This document shows, piece after piece, positions 56,381-64,000 of a DNA stretch of 64,000 nucleotides. The stretch's first letter is position 1. Each line of letters opens with the position of its first letter. The notes under the pieces are model-generated. The model made no database searches. It was given only the letters and a program-made list of their open reading frames with translations, and was not told where the DNA came from. Made by a program: the position numbers and the translations under genes. Origin of the DNA: an uncultured Desulfovibrionaceae bacterium (GTDB lineage: Bacteria; Desulfobacterota; Desulfovibrionia; Desulfovibrionales; Desulfovibrionaceae); NCBI GenBank assembly GCA_964370375.1, contig CAYJIX010000006.1, positions 321 to 64,320 on the forward strand, written 5' to 3'.

Positions 56381-57811
56381 ATGTCGTTAGCCCCAACACT
56401 TCTTATTCAGATGCAGCGCATGGGCGATCTGGTCATGACCTTTCCATTGATGGAACGCATTGTGGCACGTGACCCCGATAGGCCTTTATGGGTTGTGGCA
56501 GAGCCTCATTTTTTTAATGAGCTTTTGCCTTTAACGCCTTCAGGGGTAACGTATGTGCCGTATGATGTTGCTAGAACCTTAGGCACATCCTCTTTACACA
56601 GCATCATCAATGTAAGTCACCGTGATAAGGCACTTGCCCTTGCCGGAAATTTGGAAAAGGCCAGCGAACATGGTGTTGTGGGGCTTTGCACTCGTAATAA
56701 CGTGAATCATATTCGAGGTGATTGGGCTCTTTATAGGCAGTCCATTGTGGAGAACAACAGGCACAATCTTTTTCACTGGGCAGATTTGCACATGCTTGAC
56801 CTTGAACCGCCAAATCCTTTGTCAGAAGGGGTATGGCCTACGCCTAAACCTATGGGTAGAAGAGGTAAAGTGGGCTTGTTTGTAGGCGCAAGTGAAGAGG
56901 GCAAGCGTCCGGAACCTGCGTTTTGGGGGGATTTAGCCAAGCAGCTGTATAAAAAAGGCTTGCACCCTGTTTTTTTGGGGGGGCCCGGTGATAAGGATAT
57001 GGCTGCCAAGGCGAACCTGCATTCAGGATTGCCCGGGCATAACAATTTGGCAGGGCATTTTTCTTTGGCAGCGTTTACGGGTTTTGTGCAAACACTTGAC
57101 CTTATGATCACGCCGGATACAGGCCCCATGCACCTTGCTGCGTGGGCAAAGGTTCCTGTGCTCAACATATCCATGGGGCCTGTTAATCCATGGGAAACAG
57201 GGCCCATGCCGCCAGGGCATTGGGTGTTAACTCCTGCACGAAGCTGTGCAGGCTGCTGGGTTTGTAAAAACGGCACGTTTCGTTGTAAAGACGCTTTTTT
57301 GCCAAGCCGAGTGGCCCGTCTTATAGAGGCCTTATTGCGCGGTGAGGCGGTGCAGCGTTTTCAGATACCGGGGGTGCGCCTTGGGTACACGGCACGGCGA
57401 AACGGGCTGTATGACATTGTTTATACAGAACATGAAAGCAACGTGCGTTTAACGCCCCATACAGCGCGTTACGCGTTAAGTAGGTTTTGGCAATCGTGGT
57501 TTTTAGAGGTTTTAGGGCAGAAAGCCCATGGTCTTGGCAACCCCATTAAAGAGCTAGAACCCATTTCGCACCTGTACAAGCCCTTGCTGCGAACTGCTGT
57601 TCGAGTGAACAACGCCTTGGCTCTTTCCTTACGTCATAAAGGCAAGGTACTGGGTGAGGATTTTTGGAGCACTGTGCCGCCTCTTGCACGGCCTTTTTCA
57701 AGCTACCTTCATCTATTGCTACAAAACGGAGACTATGAAAGGCCTGCCTGGGGTAGGGCTCTTACGTTGAGCGCGCACCTATCAGAGCTGCTTTCAAGTG
57801 AAAAATTGTAA
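56381..57811 (+). CDS. Family 9 glycosyltransferase (heptosyltransferase-like) with C-terminal extension
   Basis: N-terminal MGDLVMTFP motif, GPMHLAAW and Cys-rich CAGCWVCKNGTFRC typical of GT9, then about 170 additional residues. ATG 56381 is preferred over track GTG 56300. Confidence 0.75.
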   Translation: MSLAPTLLIQMQRMGDLVMTFPLMERIVARDPDRPLWVVAEPHFFNELLPLTPSGVTYVPYDVARTLGTSSLHSIINVSHRDKALALAGNLEKASEHGVVGLCTRNNVNHIRGDWALYRQSIVENNRHNLFHWADLHMLDLEPPNPLSEGVWPTPKPMGRRGKVGLFVGASEEGKRPEPAFWGDLAKQLYKKGLHPVFLGGPGDKDMAAKANLHSGLPGHNNLAGHFSLAAFTGFVQTLDLMITPDTGPMHLAAWAKVPVLNISMGPVNPWETGPMPPGHWVLTPARSCAGCWVCKNGTFRCKDAFLPSRVARLIEALLRGEAVQRFQIPGVRLGYTARRNGLYDIVYTEHESNVRLTPHTARYALSRFWQSWFLEVLGQKAHGLGNPIKELEPISHLYKPLLRTAVRVNNALALSLRHKGKVLGEDFWSTVPPLARPFSSYLHLLLQNGDYERPAWGRALTLSAHLSELLSSEKL

Positions 57812-58029
57812 GAGGCGCTTGGTATCTTGTTGACACTAAAAAAACATGAGAACAATTTGAAGTGCTATTCGTTTATAGCTAAAAACCCACAAAAAAAGTG
57901 CCGTAAAGCAAGAGCGCGTAATGCGATTTTCTGGCAAAGTTGTGATGTGGGTTCACTGTTTTTTAGGGTGACACTCCTTGCATTTTCAGCATCGGCTATC
58001 TGGTTGCGCAATAACGGTCCTTAGACTGT

Positions 58030-58983
58030 TTACACGCAATCATGAAGGTGCACAAATCCTATGGGTTTTTTGTCTTGTACAACAAATAGCCCTGTGATGG
58101 TTCGTGAATGCATGATGTAACCGGCTTTGCTTGCCGCGCAATCTGCTTCCACAACAATGGGGTTTTCTGTCATAACCTCTTGCACGTGTTTTTGCATAAG
58201 GTCTGCACTCATATGCCGCCGCAAATCGCCGTCCGTGATGATGCCCACAAGCTCATTGTTGGTGTTAAGCACACCTGTACAGCCAAAGCCCTTGCCTGTC
58301 ATGACGTAGATAGCTTCACTCATGGGCGTGCCCACACAGACTAAAGGCATGGCCTCCTTCGTGTGCATGATTTCTGCAACAGAGCGTAATTGTTTACCAA
58401 GTGCGCCGCCTGGATGGTAGGTGTTGAAGGCTTTTTCATCAAATCCGCGAACTTGCAAGACTGCCATGGCAAGAGCATCGCCAAGGGCAAGGGTTGCTGT
58501 GGTAGATGATGTGGGCGCGCAGCCAAAGGGGCATGCTTCGCCAAGTGGCGGCAAAACAAGACAAAAATCAGCCAGCCTGCCCAAGGTGCTTTGGGCGTTT
58601 TTTGTAATCGCCATAATGAGCATGCCTTTTTTGGTGGCATAGCCTAAAAGAGGGGCAAGCTCCTCTGTGTTGCCCGAATTGGAAAGCACAAGCAAAATAT
58701 CATCCTGCAGCATCATGCCCAAATCACCGTGTGCTGCTTCAGTGGGGTGAATGAAATAGGCAGGTGTGCCTGTAGAGGCAAAGGTGGCAGCAATTTTACG
58801 CCCCACATGTCCGCTTTTTCCTATGCCGGACACAGCCACTCGTCCGCTGATGTTGAGCAATAGCTCTACGCACTTTTCAAAAATAGGGTCAAGGTTGTCT
58901 GCCAGGCTCAGGATTGTTTGGGCTTCTTGACGTAGGACTTTTTTGCCTATGTCCATGACATTGTGTTTGACGTTATCTTGCAT
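58030..58983 (-). CDS. kdsD: Arabinose-5-phosphate isomerase (KpsF/GutQ/KdsD family; SIS + CBS pair)
   Basis: SIS motif GIGKSGHVGRKIAATFASTGTP and C-terminal tandem CBS domains. Confidence 0.88.
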   Translation of the reverse strand: MQDNVKHNVMDIGKKVLRQEAQTILSLADNLDPIFEKCVELLLNISGRVAVSGIGKSGHVGRKIAATFASTGTPAYFIHPTEAAHGDLGMMLQDDILLVLSNSGNTEELAPLLGYATKKGMLIMAITKNAQSTLGRLADFCLVLPPLGEACPFGCAPTSSTTATLALGDALAMAVLQVRGFDEKAFNTYHPGGALGKQLRSVAEIMHTKEAMPLVCVGTPMSEAIYVMTGKGFGCTGVLNTNNELVGIITDGDLRRHMSADLMQKHVQEVMTENPIVVEADCAASKAGYIMHSRTITGLFVVQDKKPIGFVHLHDCV

Positions 58984-59027
58984 TGGTCATTCCGTTCTGT
59001 ATTTGTTTGAATATTCTAGGAGCCATA

Positions 59028-59045
59028 GAGCCTGTTGAAAAATCC
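59028..59045. repeat. Solo copy of the repeat-family end motif
   Basis: GAGCCTGTTGAAAAATCC matches the left end of copy B (GCCGCCTGTTGAAAAAATCC). It lies between kdsD and kdsB. Confidence 0.45.
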
Positions 59046-59057
59046 ATTTCAGGCAAG

Positions 59058-59804
59058 CTACTTTGAGTCAGCAGGATTGTCATAATGGCCCATAATAGTA
59101 CGCACAGTTTCAAGGTCTTCTGCTGTGTCAACGCCTTTTTCAAACGCTTTTGTTGTAAAAACTCGTATGGGGATACCTGCTTGCAAAAGGCGCAGCTGCT
59201 CTAATTTTTCCAGCTGTTCTAGGGGGCTTGGCGGCAGTGAGGCAAAGGTTTGTAAAGCCTTGGCCTTGTAGGCATACACGCCGATATGGCCTAGGTACGC
59301 GGTGTTATTGTTAGGGTCGCGCACATGAGGGATAGGGGCGCGGCTAAAATACAGGGCATTGCCTTGATTGTCGCAAACAACTTTAACACAATGGGTTTTT
59401 TGTGCTTCAGTCTCTTCAATGGGGCTGCATAAAGTTGCCACCTGAATACTGGCATCAGAGCGCAGTGCGTGCGCCAACAGCTGCACAGCGTCGGGCCGCA
59501 ATAGCGGTTCGTCGCCCTGAATATTGATATAGGCATCGGCCTTTTCCATGCAAGCAACCTCGTACACGCGGTCGGAGCCGCAGATACAGCTGGGTGAGGT
59601 CATACGCACATTGCCGCCAAAATCTTGTACCGCACGGGCAATGCGCATGTCATCGGTGGCCACAATAACGTCATCTAGTGCCGTTGCTTGCTTTGCCGCT
59701 TCGTATACATGTTGAATCATGGGCTTGCCGCAAATAGGCAGAAGCGGCTTTCCGGGCAAGCGTTCTGAGGCGTACCGCGCAGGAATGATTGCAAGAATGC
59801 GCAT
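59058..59804 (-). CDS. kdsB: 3-Deoxy-manno-octulosonate cytidylyltransferase
   Basis: MRILAIIPARYASERLPGKPL N-terminus. ATG 59804 with an AGGAG RBS; the track start 59882 is an extension. Confidence 0.9.
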   Translation of the reverse strand: MRILAIIPARYASERLPGKPLLPICGKPMIQHVYEAAKQATALDDVIVATDDMRIARAVQDFGGNVRMTSPSCICGSDRVYEVACMEKADAYINIQGDEPLLRPDAVQLLAHALRSDASIQVATLCSPIEETEAQKTHCVKVVCDNQGNALYFSRAPIPHVRDPNNNTAYLGHIGVYAYKAKALQTFASLPPSPLEQLEKLEQLRLLQAGIPIRVFTTKAFEKGVDTAEDLETVRTIMGHYDNPADSK

Positions 59805-59984
59805 AAAAACTCCTTTATGTGATGCATTAAGCGCAGCACCGGCATGAGAAAAGAGGTTGAGTCCTGCAGCAATCTGTGTCAATAATGTGAAAAATCTAGC
59901 GAACTATCACAGAAAGCACAAGGTTTTATTTTGCACTAAGGCTTTATGATAGCTAATTGAATGAGTAAATATTATGAGGTAGTT

Positions 59985-60827
59985 ATGTCACAGCTGACTC
60001 GGCTTGAAATGAACGTGAAAGAAGAAGATGTGGATATGGTAATCGGGCTTCTTTTTCAAATGGTATCGTATGGTTGGGAAGAGGAAAGTTTGCCAACAGG
60101 CGATACGCGCTTTCGTATCCATAGTGAAAATACGGAACTTATAGAAACTATTTGCCAAAATGTTCGCGCAAAAGCCCCTGAAGTCACCATGACAACAAGT
60201 ACCATAGCCAATCAGGAATGGACGGCTGCTTGGCGTGAATTTTTTACGCCTGTCCCTTGTGGGCGTTTTGTTGTGATACCGCCATGGCTTGAGCATGAAA
60301 GCAAGCTGTTTGCGCCAAAACTGCCTATTATCATCGAGCCGCGCTCAGCCTTTGGCACAGGTCATCATAACACCACGGTGTTATGCCTTGAAGCGCTCTC
60401 ACTTTTTGCAGATGAAGGTCTTTTGCTCCCTACTATGAACTTTTTGGATGTGGGCACAGGGTCAGGCGTCCTTGGTATTGGTTGCGCGTTGCTTGGTTTG
60501 AACGGTTTAGGAGTGGATATTGACCCCGTGGCCATAGACAATGCCTGTGAGAACGCCCACATCAATAACGTAGGGCAGGCTTTTGCTGTGCAAGCAGGTT
60601 CCATGGAGCTTGTCCAAAATATGGTGTTTGATGTGGTTGTGGCCAATATCCTGGCAGACCCTCTTAAAAGCATGGCTTCACAAATCAAAGCCTGCATGAA
60701 GCCACAAGGAAGGCTGATCCTTTCAGGCCTTTTAGAGCTTCAGGCTGACCAAGTGGAAGCCGCTTATGCTGAGCTTGGCCCGGCCAGACGTTTGATATCC
60801 GGAGAATGGGCTGCGCTTATGTGGTAG
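59985..60827 (+). CDS. prmA: Ribosomal protein L11 methyltransferase
   Basis: FGTGHHNTT and LDVGTGSGVLGI motifs. ATG 59985 (GAGGT RBS) or 59961. Confidence 0.88.
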   Translation: MSQLTRLEMNVKEEDVDMVIGLLFQMVSYGWEEESLPTGDTRFRIHSENTELIETICQNVRAKAPEVTMTTSTIANQEWTAAWREFFTPVPCGRFVVIPPWLEHESKLFAPKLPIIIEPRSAFGTGHHNTTVLCLEALSLFADEGLLLPTMNFLDVGTGSGVLGIGCALLGLNGLGVDIDPVAIDNACENAHINNVGQAFAVQAGSMELVQNMVFDVVVANILADPLKSMASQIKACMKPQGRLILSGLLELQADQVEAAYAELGPARRLISGEWAALMW

Positions 60828-60934
60828 CTTTGCAAGTGGTTTGGACGCATGAGGTGGTGATACTCATTGCCTTTGGCACAAAGTACGCGTATATCAATAG
60901 TGTAATAACGCCCGTTGCGGCAAAGGAGACAGGT

Positions 60935-61246
60935 ATGAACAAAGCGAAAGTATGGGCCATGGCCTTTGTTACGGTGCTTTTACTTGGAAGCGTAGCTGCC
61001 TATGGCGTGGCAGCACAAAAAGCAGATCCAGCCAACGGTAAAAAACTTTTTGCCGCCTGCGTGTCCTGCCATTCAGCACAAGGCAAATGGGTTGCCGGAA
61101 AGCCGGTTGATAAGCTTGTGCGCGCCATGCAGCATTTTCAAACAGGAAGCTTTACCAAAGGGCGCGATAAACGCATGCAAGCCTTGCTCAAGCCCATGAG
61201 CCAAAAGGAGCTTATGGATTTAGCCACGTATATGAATAGTTTGTAA
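60935..61246 (+). CDS. Monohaem cytochrome c553-like protein
   Basis: Signal peptide, CVSCH haem-binding site, C-terminal ...LMDLATYMNSL resembling Desulfovibrio c553. ATG 60935 with an AAGGAG RBS. Confidence 0.85.
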   Translation: MNKAKVWAMAFVTVLLLGSVAAYGVAAQKADPANGKKLFAACVSCHSAQGKWVAGKPVDKLVRAMQHFQTGSFTKGRDKRMQALLKPMSQKELMDLATYMNSL

Positions 61247-61285
61247 AATCACGATCAATGGCTGCACGCAGGTATGGGCATGCCG

Positions 61286-61590
61286 TTTTTTCAGGCTGAT
61301 GAAAAAGGGCTGCCTGGGGTGTCAGAAGGCGTTTTTCAGAACGGCATGGACCAAAGCGTCCTATGCCGCCCTGTAAAACACCTCCTTCCTACCATCCAAC
61401 CCTTTTTGAACAGCCTGCCGCTAGCGACGGTTGAAAAAGCACTGTCTGCTACAGGATGTAGCAGAAGCCGCGCAGCGGAGCTAGTCAAAGACAAGCTGGA
61501 ACTAGCTTCTAGCCTGTAGAAAAATAATATGATGAGATTTTCATCAAAAGTATTAAAAGTATTTTGAAACGAAAATTTTCAACAGCCTGT
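61286..61590. repeat. Dispersed mosaic intergenic repeat, copy C
   Basis: Hairpin module GGCATGGAC-CAAAGC-GTCCTATGCC (61343..61367), CTTTTTGAACAGCCTG (61402..61417), GGTTGAAAAAGCAC (61429..61442) and TTTTCAACAGCCTGT (61576..61590) are colinear with the reverse complement of copy B. Confidence 0.7.
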
Positions 61591-62889
61591 TTACTCTTTT
61601 TCGCTGGGCTGTTGCAGCATTTTTACCGCGCAAAATTTGCCGCACATGGCACAGACATCCTCATGGCGGTGTGGTTCGCGGCGCGTGTCAAGCGCTATGG
61701 GGTCAAGAGCTGCTGCGCGCATCGTTTGCCAATCAAGAGCAGCGCGTCCTTTGTTCATTTTAGCTTCACGGGCAAGGGCATGGGCGCGGCCAAGGGCCAC
61801 CTCGCCTGCTTGGGCAGCAACCCTTGAGGCCATAACCCCTGCTCGCACATCGTCATTATCGGGCAAGGAAAGGTGCTCTGCAGGGGTTAAGTAACACAGA
61901 AAATCCACTCCTGCTTCCACAGCAATTGCTCCGCCAATGGCCCCTGCAATATGGTCATAGCCGGGTGCTGAATCTATAACCAAGGGCCCAAGCACATAAA
62001 GGGGCGCATTGTTTGTCAGGCGTTTTATGCCCTGAATCTGCGTTCGGACGTGATGCAAGGGTACGTGTCCCGGCCCTTCAATCATGCACTGTACCCCTTT
62101 TTCATGGGCATAGGCTGCCAGCTGGGCAAGGTTGATGACTTCTTCCCATTGGGCTGCATCGCCAGCATCTATACCGGCTCCTGGTCTAAGGCCGTCACCA
62201 AGCGATAAGGTCATGTTGTGGGCAAGGGCAATGTCTACCAGACGGTCAAAGTTTTCCAGCAAAGGATTTTCGCGGTTATTGTCCAGCATCCAACGGGCTA
62301 GGAGCGATCCTCCGCGTGAAACAATGCCCATGTGGCGCGCGGCACCTGCCATGGGTTTCATTGCCAGTTCTGCGCCACGCTTGCTCAAGCCGCAATGAAC
62401 AGTAATAAAATCAACGCCTTGTTCGCCGTGGCGCGCAATATCAGCAAAAAGGCTTTCTGGATCCATGGCACTTACAGGCGTGTCAGAATCGAGCAGTTGT
62501 TGGGCTGTGCCATACATGGGCACCGTACCTAAGGGAATGGGGCAGGCTGCCAGCATGTCTTGTCTGATCTTGTCCAAGTCTCCTGCAATGGACAGATCCA
62601 TAACAGTATCTGCGCCGGCCTCTAAAGCTGTGCGTAATTTTTGTTGTTCTGTGGCAGGGCAGTGGCATAAGGGGGAAGTGCCAATGTTGGCATTGATTTT
62701 TACCCGTGAGGGTTGCCCCACTAAAAGTGGCTGCACATTGGCATGGGCAGGGTTGGCAAGTAGCACCATGGTGCCTTGCTCAAGGGCTTCTTCAATGCAG
62801 GAAATGGAGAGTTGTTCTGTGCTGCTAAGGCTTTCTTGGTGGGCTTTCCATATTTTGGCAAGTATGGGGTTGTTTTGCAAAAGGCTCAT
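61591..62889 (-). CDS. thiC: Phosphomethylpyrimidine synthase (short anaerobe-type ThiC)
   Basis: ThiC core and C-terminal CAMCGKFC cluster. ATG 62889 (AGGAG RBS) is preferred because the track start 62964 lies inside the riboswitch. Confidence 0.92.
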   Translation of the reverse strand: MSLLQNNPILAKIWKAHQESLSSTEQLSISCIEEALEQGTMVLLANPAHANVQPLLVGQPSRVKINANIGTSPLCHCPATEQQKLRTALEAGADTVMDLSIAGDLDKIRQDMLAACPIPLGTVPMYGTAQQLLDSDTPVSAMDPESLFADIARHGEQGVDFITVHCGLSKRGAELAMKPMAGAARHMGIVSRGGSLLARWMLDNNRENPLLENFDRLVDIALAHNMTLSLGDGLRPGAGIDAGDAAQWEEVINLAQLAAYAHEKGVQCMIEGPGHVPLHHVRTQIQGIKRLTNNAPLYVLGPLVIDSAPGYDHIAGAIGGAIAVEAGVDFLCYLTPAEHLSLPDNDDVRAGVMASRVAAQAGEVALGRAHALAREAKMNKGRAALDWQTMRAAALDPIALDTRREPHRHEDVCAMCGKFCAVKMLQQPSEKE

Positions 62890-62960
62890 GAGGGCTCCTA
62901 CAAGTTGCGCGCATTGGCTATCGAATATGGCAAGTAGCAAGCACGTGTTTTGAGCCTTGG

Positions 62961-63047
62961 CCACTTTCCTACGGCAGCGTTATCTGCGTCAGGTTCAAAG
63001 GGTCTGGGACTGTCCCACTCTCAGCCTAAAAAGGCTCCCCTAGTGTG
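62961..63047 (-). promoter_or_regulatory. TPP (THI-box) riboswitch
   Basis: The minus strand reads GGGGAGCC...GGCTGAGA...ACCCTTTGAACCTGA.GCAGATAACGCTGCCGTAGGAAAG. This matches the conserved THI-element core and sits directly upstream of thiC. Confidence 0.9.
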
Positions 63048-63105
63048 TTAAAAAATGTGTAGCCTGTTTTGCGTTGTGTGTAAAGGTGTCTATGTGAAGA
63101 CGCAC

Positions 63106-63142
63106 CAAAAAAACGTGCCTATTTCGTATGAAATAGGCACGT
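63106..63142 (-). terminator. Rho-independent terminator of rnpB
   Basis: ACGTGCCTATTT pairs with AAATAGGCACGT (12-bp stem), followed on the minus strand by a U7 run. Confidence 0.8.
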
Positions 63143-63494
63143 TAGGAGCCAAACTATAAGCCGGGTTCTGTTCCCTTGCGGGCGACTGTCATTCCTCTGG
63201 GAGTACGATTACCCGTACCCTCTAGCAACCTACCCGGAAGCGTTATGACCGGGCCGATCCGCTTCCCTATTTGGTCTTGCTTTAAACGGGGTTTACCTAG
63301 CTTACAACGTCACCGTTGCAACTGGTGGGCTCTTACCCCACCGTTTCACCCTTACCAAGGCCGTAAACGGCTTGGCGGTTTGTTTTCTGTGGCACTTTCC
63401 AAAGATCACTCTTTCTGGGCGTTACCCAGCGTCTTGCCCTATAAAGCCCGGACTTTCCTCGACATGTATGCCGCGACAGCCCGTTTGGCTCCTA
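63143..63494 (-). ncRNA. rnpB: RNase P RNA (bacterial type A)
   Basis: The minus strand contains GAGGAAAGTCCGGGC, GGTAAGGGTGAAACGGTGGGGTAAGAGCCCACC and ACAGAACCCGGCTTA. P1 is formed by TAGGAGCCAAAC (5') and GTTTGGCTCCTA (3'). Ends are accurate to about 10 nt. Confidence 0.93.
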
Positions 63495-63540
63495 GCATTG
63501 GCTGATCATCCTTTATGCGAAAAAGCTAGAATCAGCGATA

Positions 63541-64000
63541 TTAAGCTTCTTCGGTAGCAGGCTGATTTTCAGATTCGTTAAAGTGCTCATTCCAATAGAT
63601 GAGACGTTGGCAATTTGGGCAATTGATGATTTTATGTCCGCCTTGCAGCTCAATAAAGGTCTGAGGTGGGATGGCTATGCAGCAACCGCTACAAATCCCT
63701 GCCGTTGCCGGAACAATAACCGGATGGGCCAAGCGGCGGCGGATAAATTCATAGCGTTCAAGCACGGGGCGAGGGATTTCTTTCCCTGTAACCACACGCA
63801 CTTTTTCCATTTCAGAGCGGCGAAAACGCGCTTCTTCAAGGCGTGTTGCAAGGCCACTTTGCTTTTCTTCCAGTTGCTCTTTCAGGGTGTTCCAAGTGGC
63901 TGTAATCTCTTCAAGAGCGGCGTTTTGAAGTTCTTTTTCTTTGTTTAAGGCATCTGATTCTTCTTCACGAGAACGGCTAAGGCGTTCCATGCTGTCCATT
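63541..64000 (-). CDS. Coiled-coil plus C4 zinc-ribbon protein (DUF164/COG1579-like), 5' end probably beyond the window
   Basis: A long heptad-like helical region followed by CSGC...CPNC zinc ribbon. The frame is open to the last base of the window. Confidence 0.75.
   Translation of the reverse strand, partial: MDSMERLSRSREEESDALNKEKELQNAALEEITATWNTLKEQLEEKQSGLATRLEEARFRRSEMEKVRVVTGKEIPRPVLERYEFIRRRLAHPVIVPATAGICSGCCIAIPPQTFIELQGGHKIINCPNCQRLIYWNEHFNESENQPATEEA

Noticed and set aside
60806-60934. N-terminal extension of the cytochrome c553 ORF overlapping prmA. Similar track extensions occur for rplF (44688), rpmD (46210), rplQ (52185), rpmJ (49266), rpsN (44204), coaX (20687), leuB (23432), kdsB (59882), mltA (19383), ddh (15742) and thiC (62964).
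   Set aside because: In each case a downstream start with a good RBS yields the family-typical N-terminus. The extensions overlap upstream genes, repeats or the riboswitch.
1-64000. Search for tRNA, rRNA, CRISPR arrays, IS elements/transposases, integrases, prophage genes, toxin-antitoxin or known defence modules.
   Set aside because: None was recognised. There are no T-arm GGTTCGAATCC-type motifs in a tRNA context, no regularly spaced direct repeats, and no ORF with transposase, integrase or nuclease-helicase hallmarks. The window is dominated by housekeeping genes.

Overview
This window reads as a chromosomal core segment of a Desulfovibrionales-like deltaproteobacterium. That assignment is inferred from gene content only (cytochrome c553, a sigma54-type flagellin promoter, a Sec-containing HesB-like protein, meso-DAP dehydrogenase); no database search was possible. 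About 65 protein genes are supported. They include the complete S10-spc-alpha ribosomal cluster (38.1-52.6 kb, rpsJ to rplQ with secY, map, rpoA), envelope genes (lolC/E-lolD-bamA-amidase, mltA, kdsD, kdsB, GT2 and GT9 glycosyltransferases) and queuosine genes (queF; queC-queE). Also present are glnS, lysS, leuB, metA, ddh, coaX, mntP, a ZIP transporter, nnr, rlmD, prmA, rnc and one flagellin gene. RNA features are RNase P RNA (rnpB, minus strand, about 63.14-63.49 kb) and a TPP riboswitch in front of thiC. I saw no tRNA, rRNA, CRISPR array, transposase, integrase, prophage or recognisable defence or toxin-antitoxin module, so I cannot point to a clear novel multi-gene system. Five observations deserve a second look. 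(1) A HesB/IscA-like selenoprotein gene is split by the ORF track at an in-frame TGA, with a SECIS-like hairpin downstream. (2) A roughly 480-nt ORF-free, hairpin-rich leader or ncRNA lies between a strong sigma70-type promoter and rpsJ. (3) A mosaic dispersed intergenic repeat family has at least three long copies and one solo motif, and it sits at gene 3' ends. (4) The flagellin gene has a near-consensus sigma54 promoter with an upstream perfect inverted repeat. (5) There is a secreted alpha/beta-hydrolase-fold protein that appears to lack its catalytic Ser, and an amidohydrolase-amidase pair of unknown substrate. All coordinates of non-coding elements were derived by hand and may be off by a few nt.
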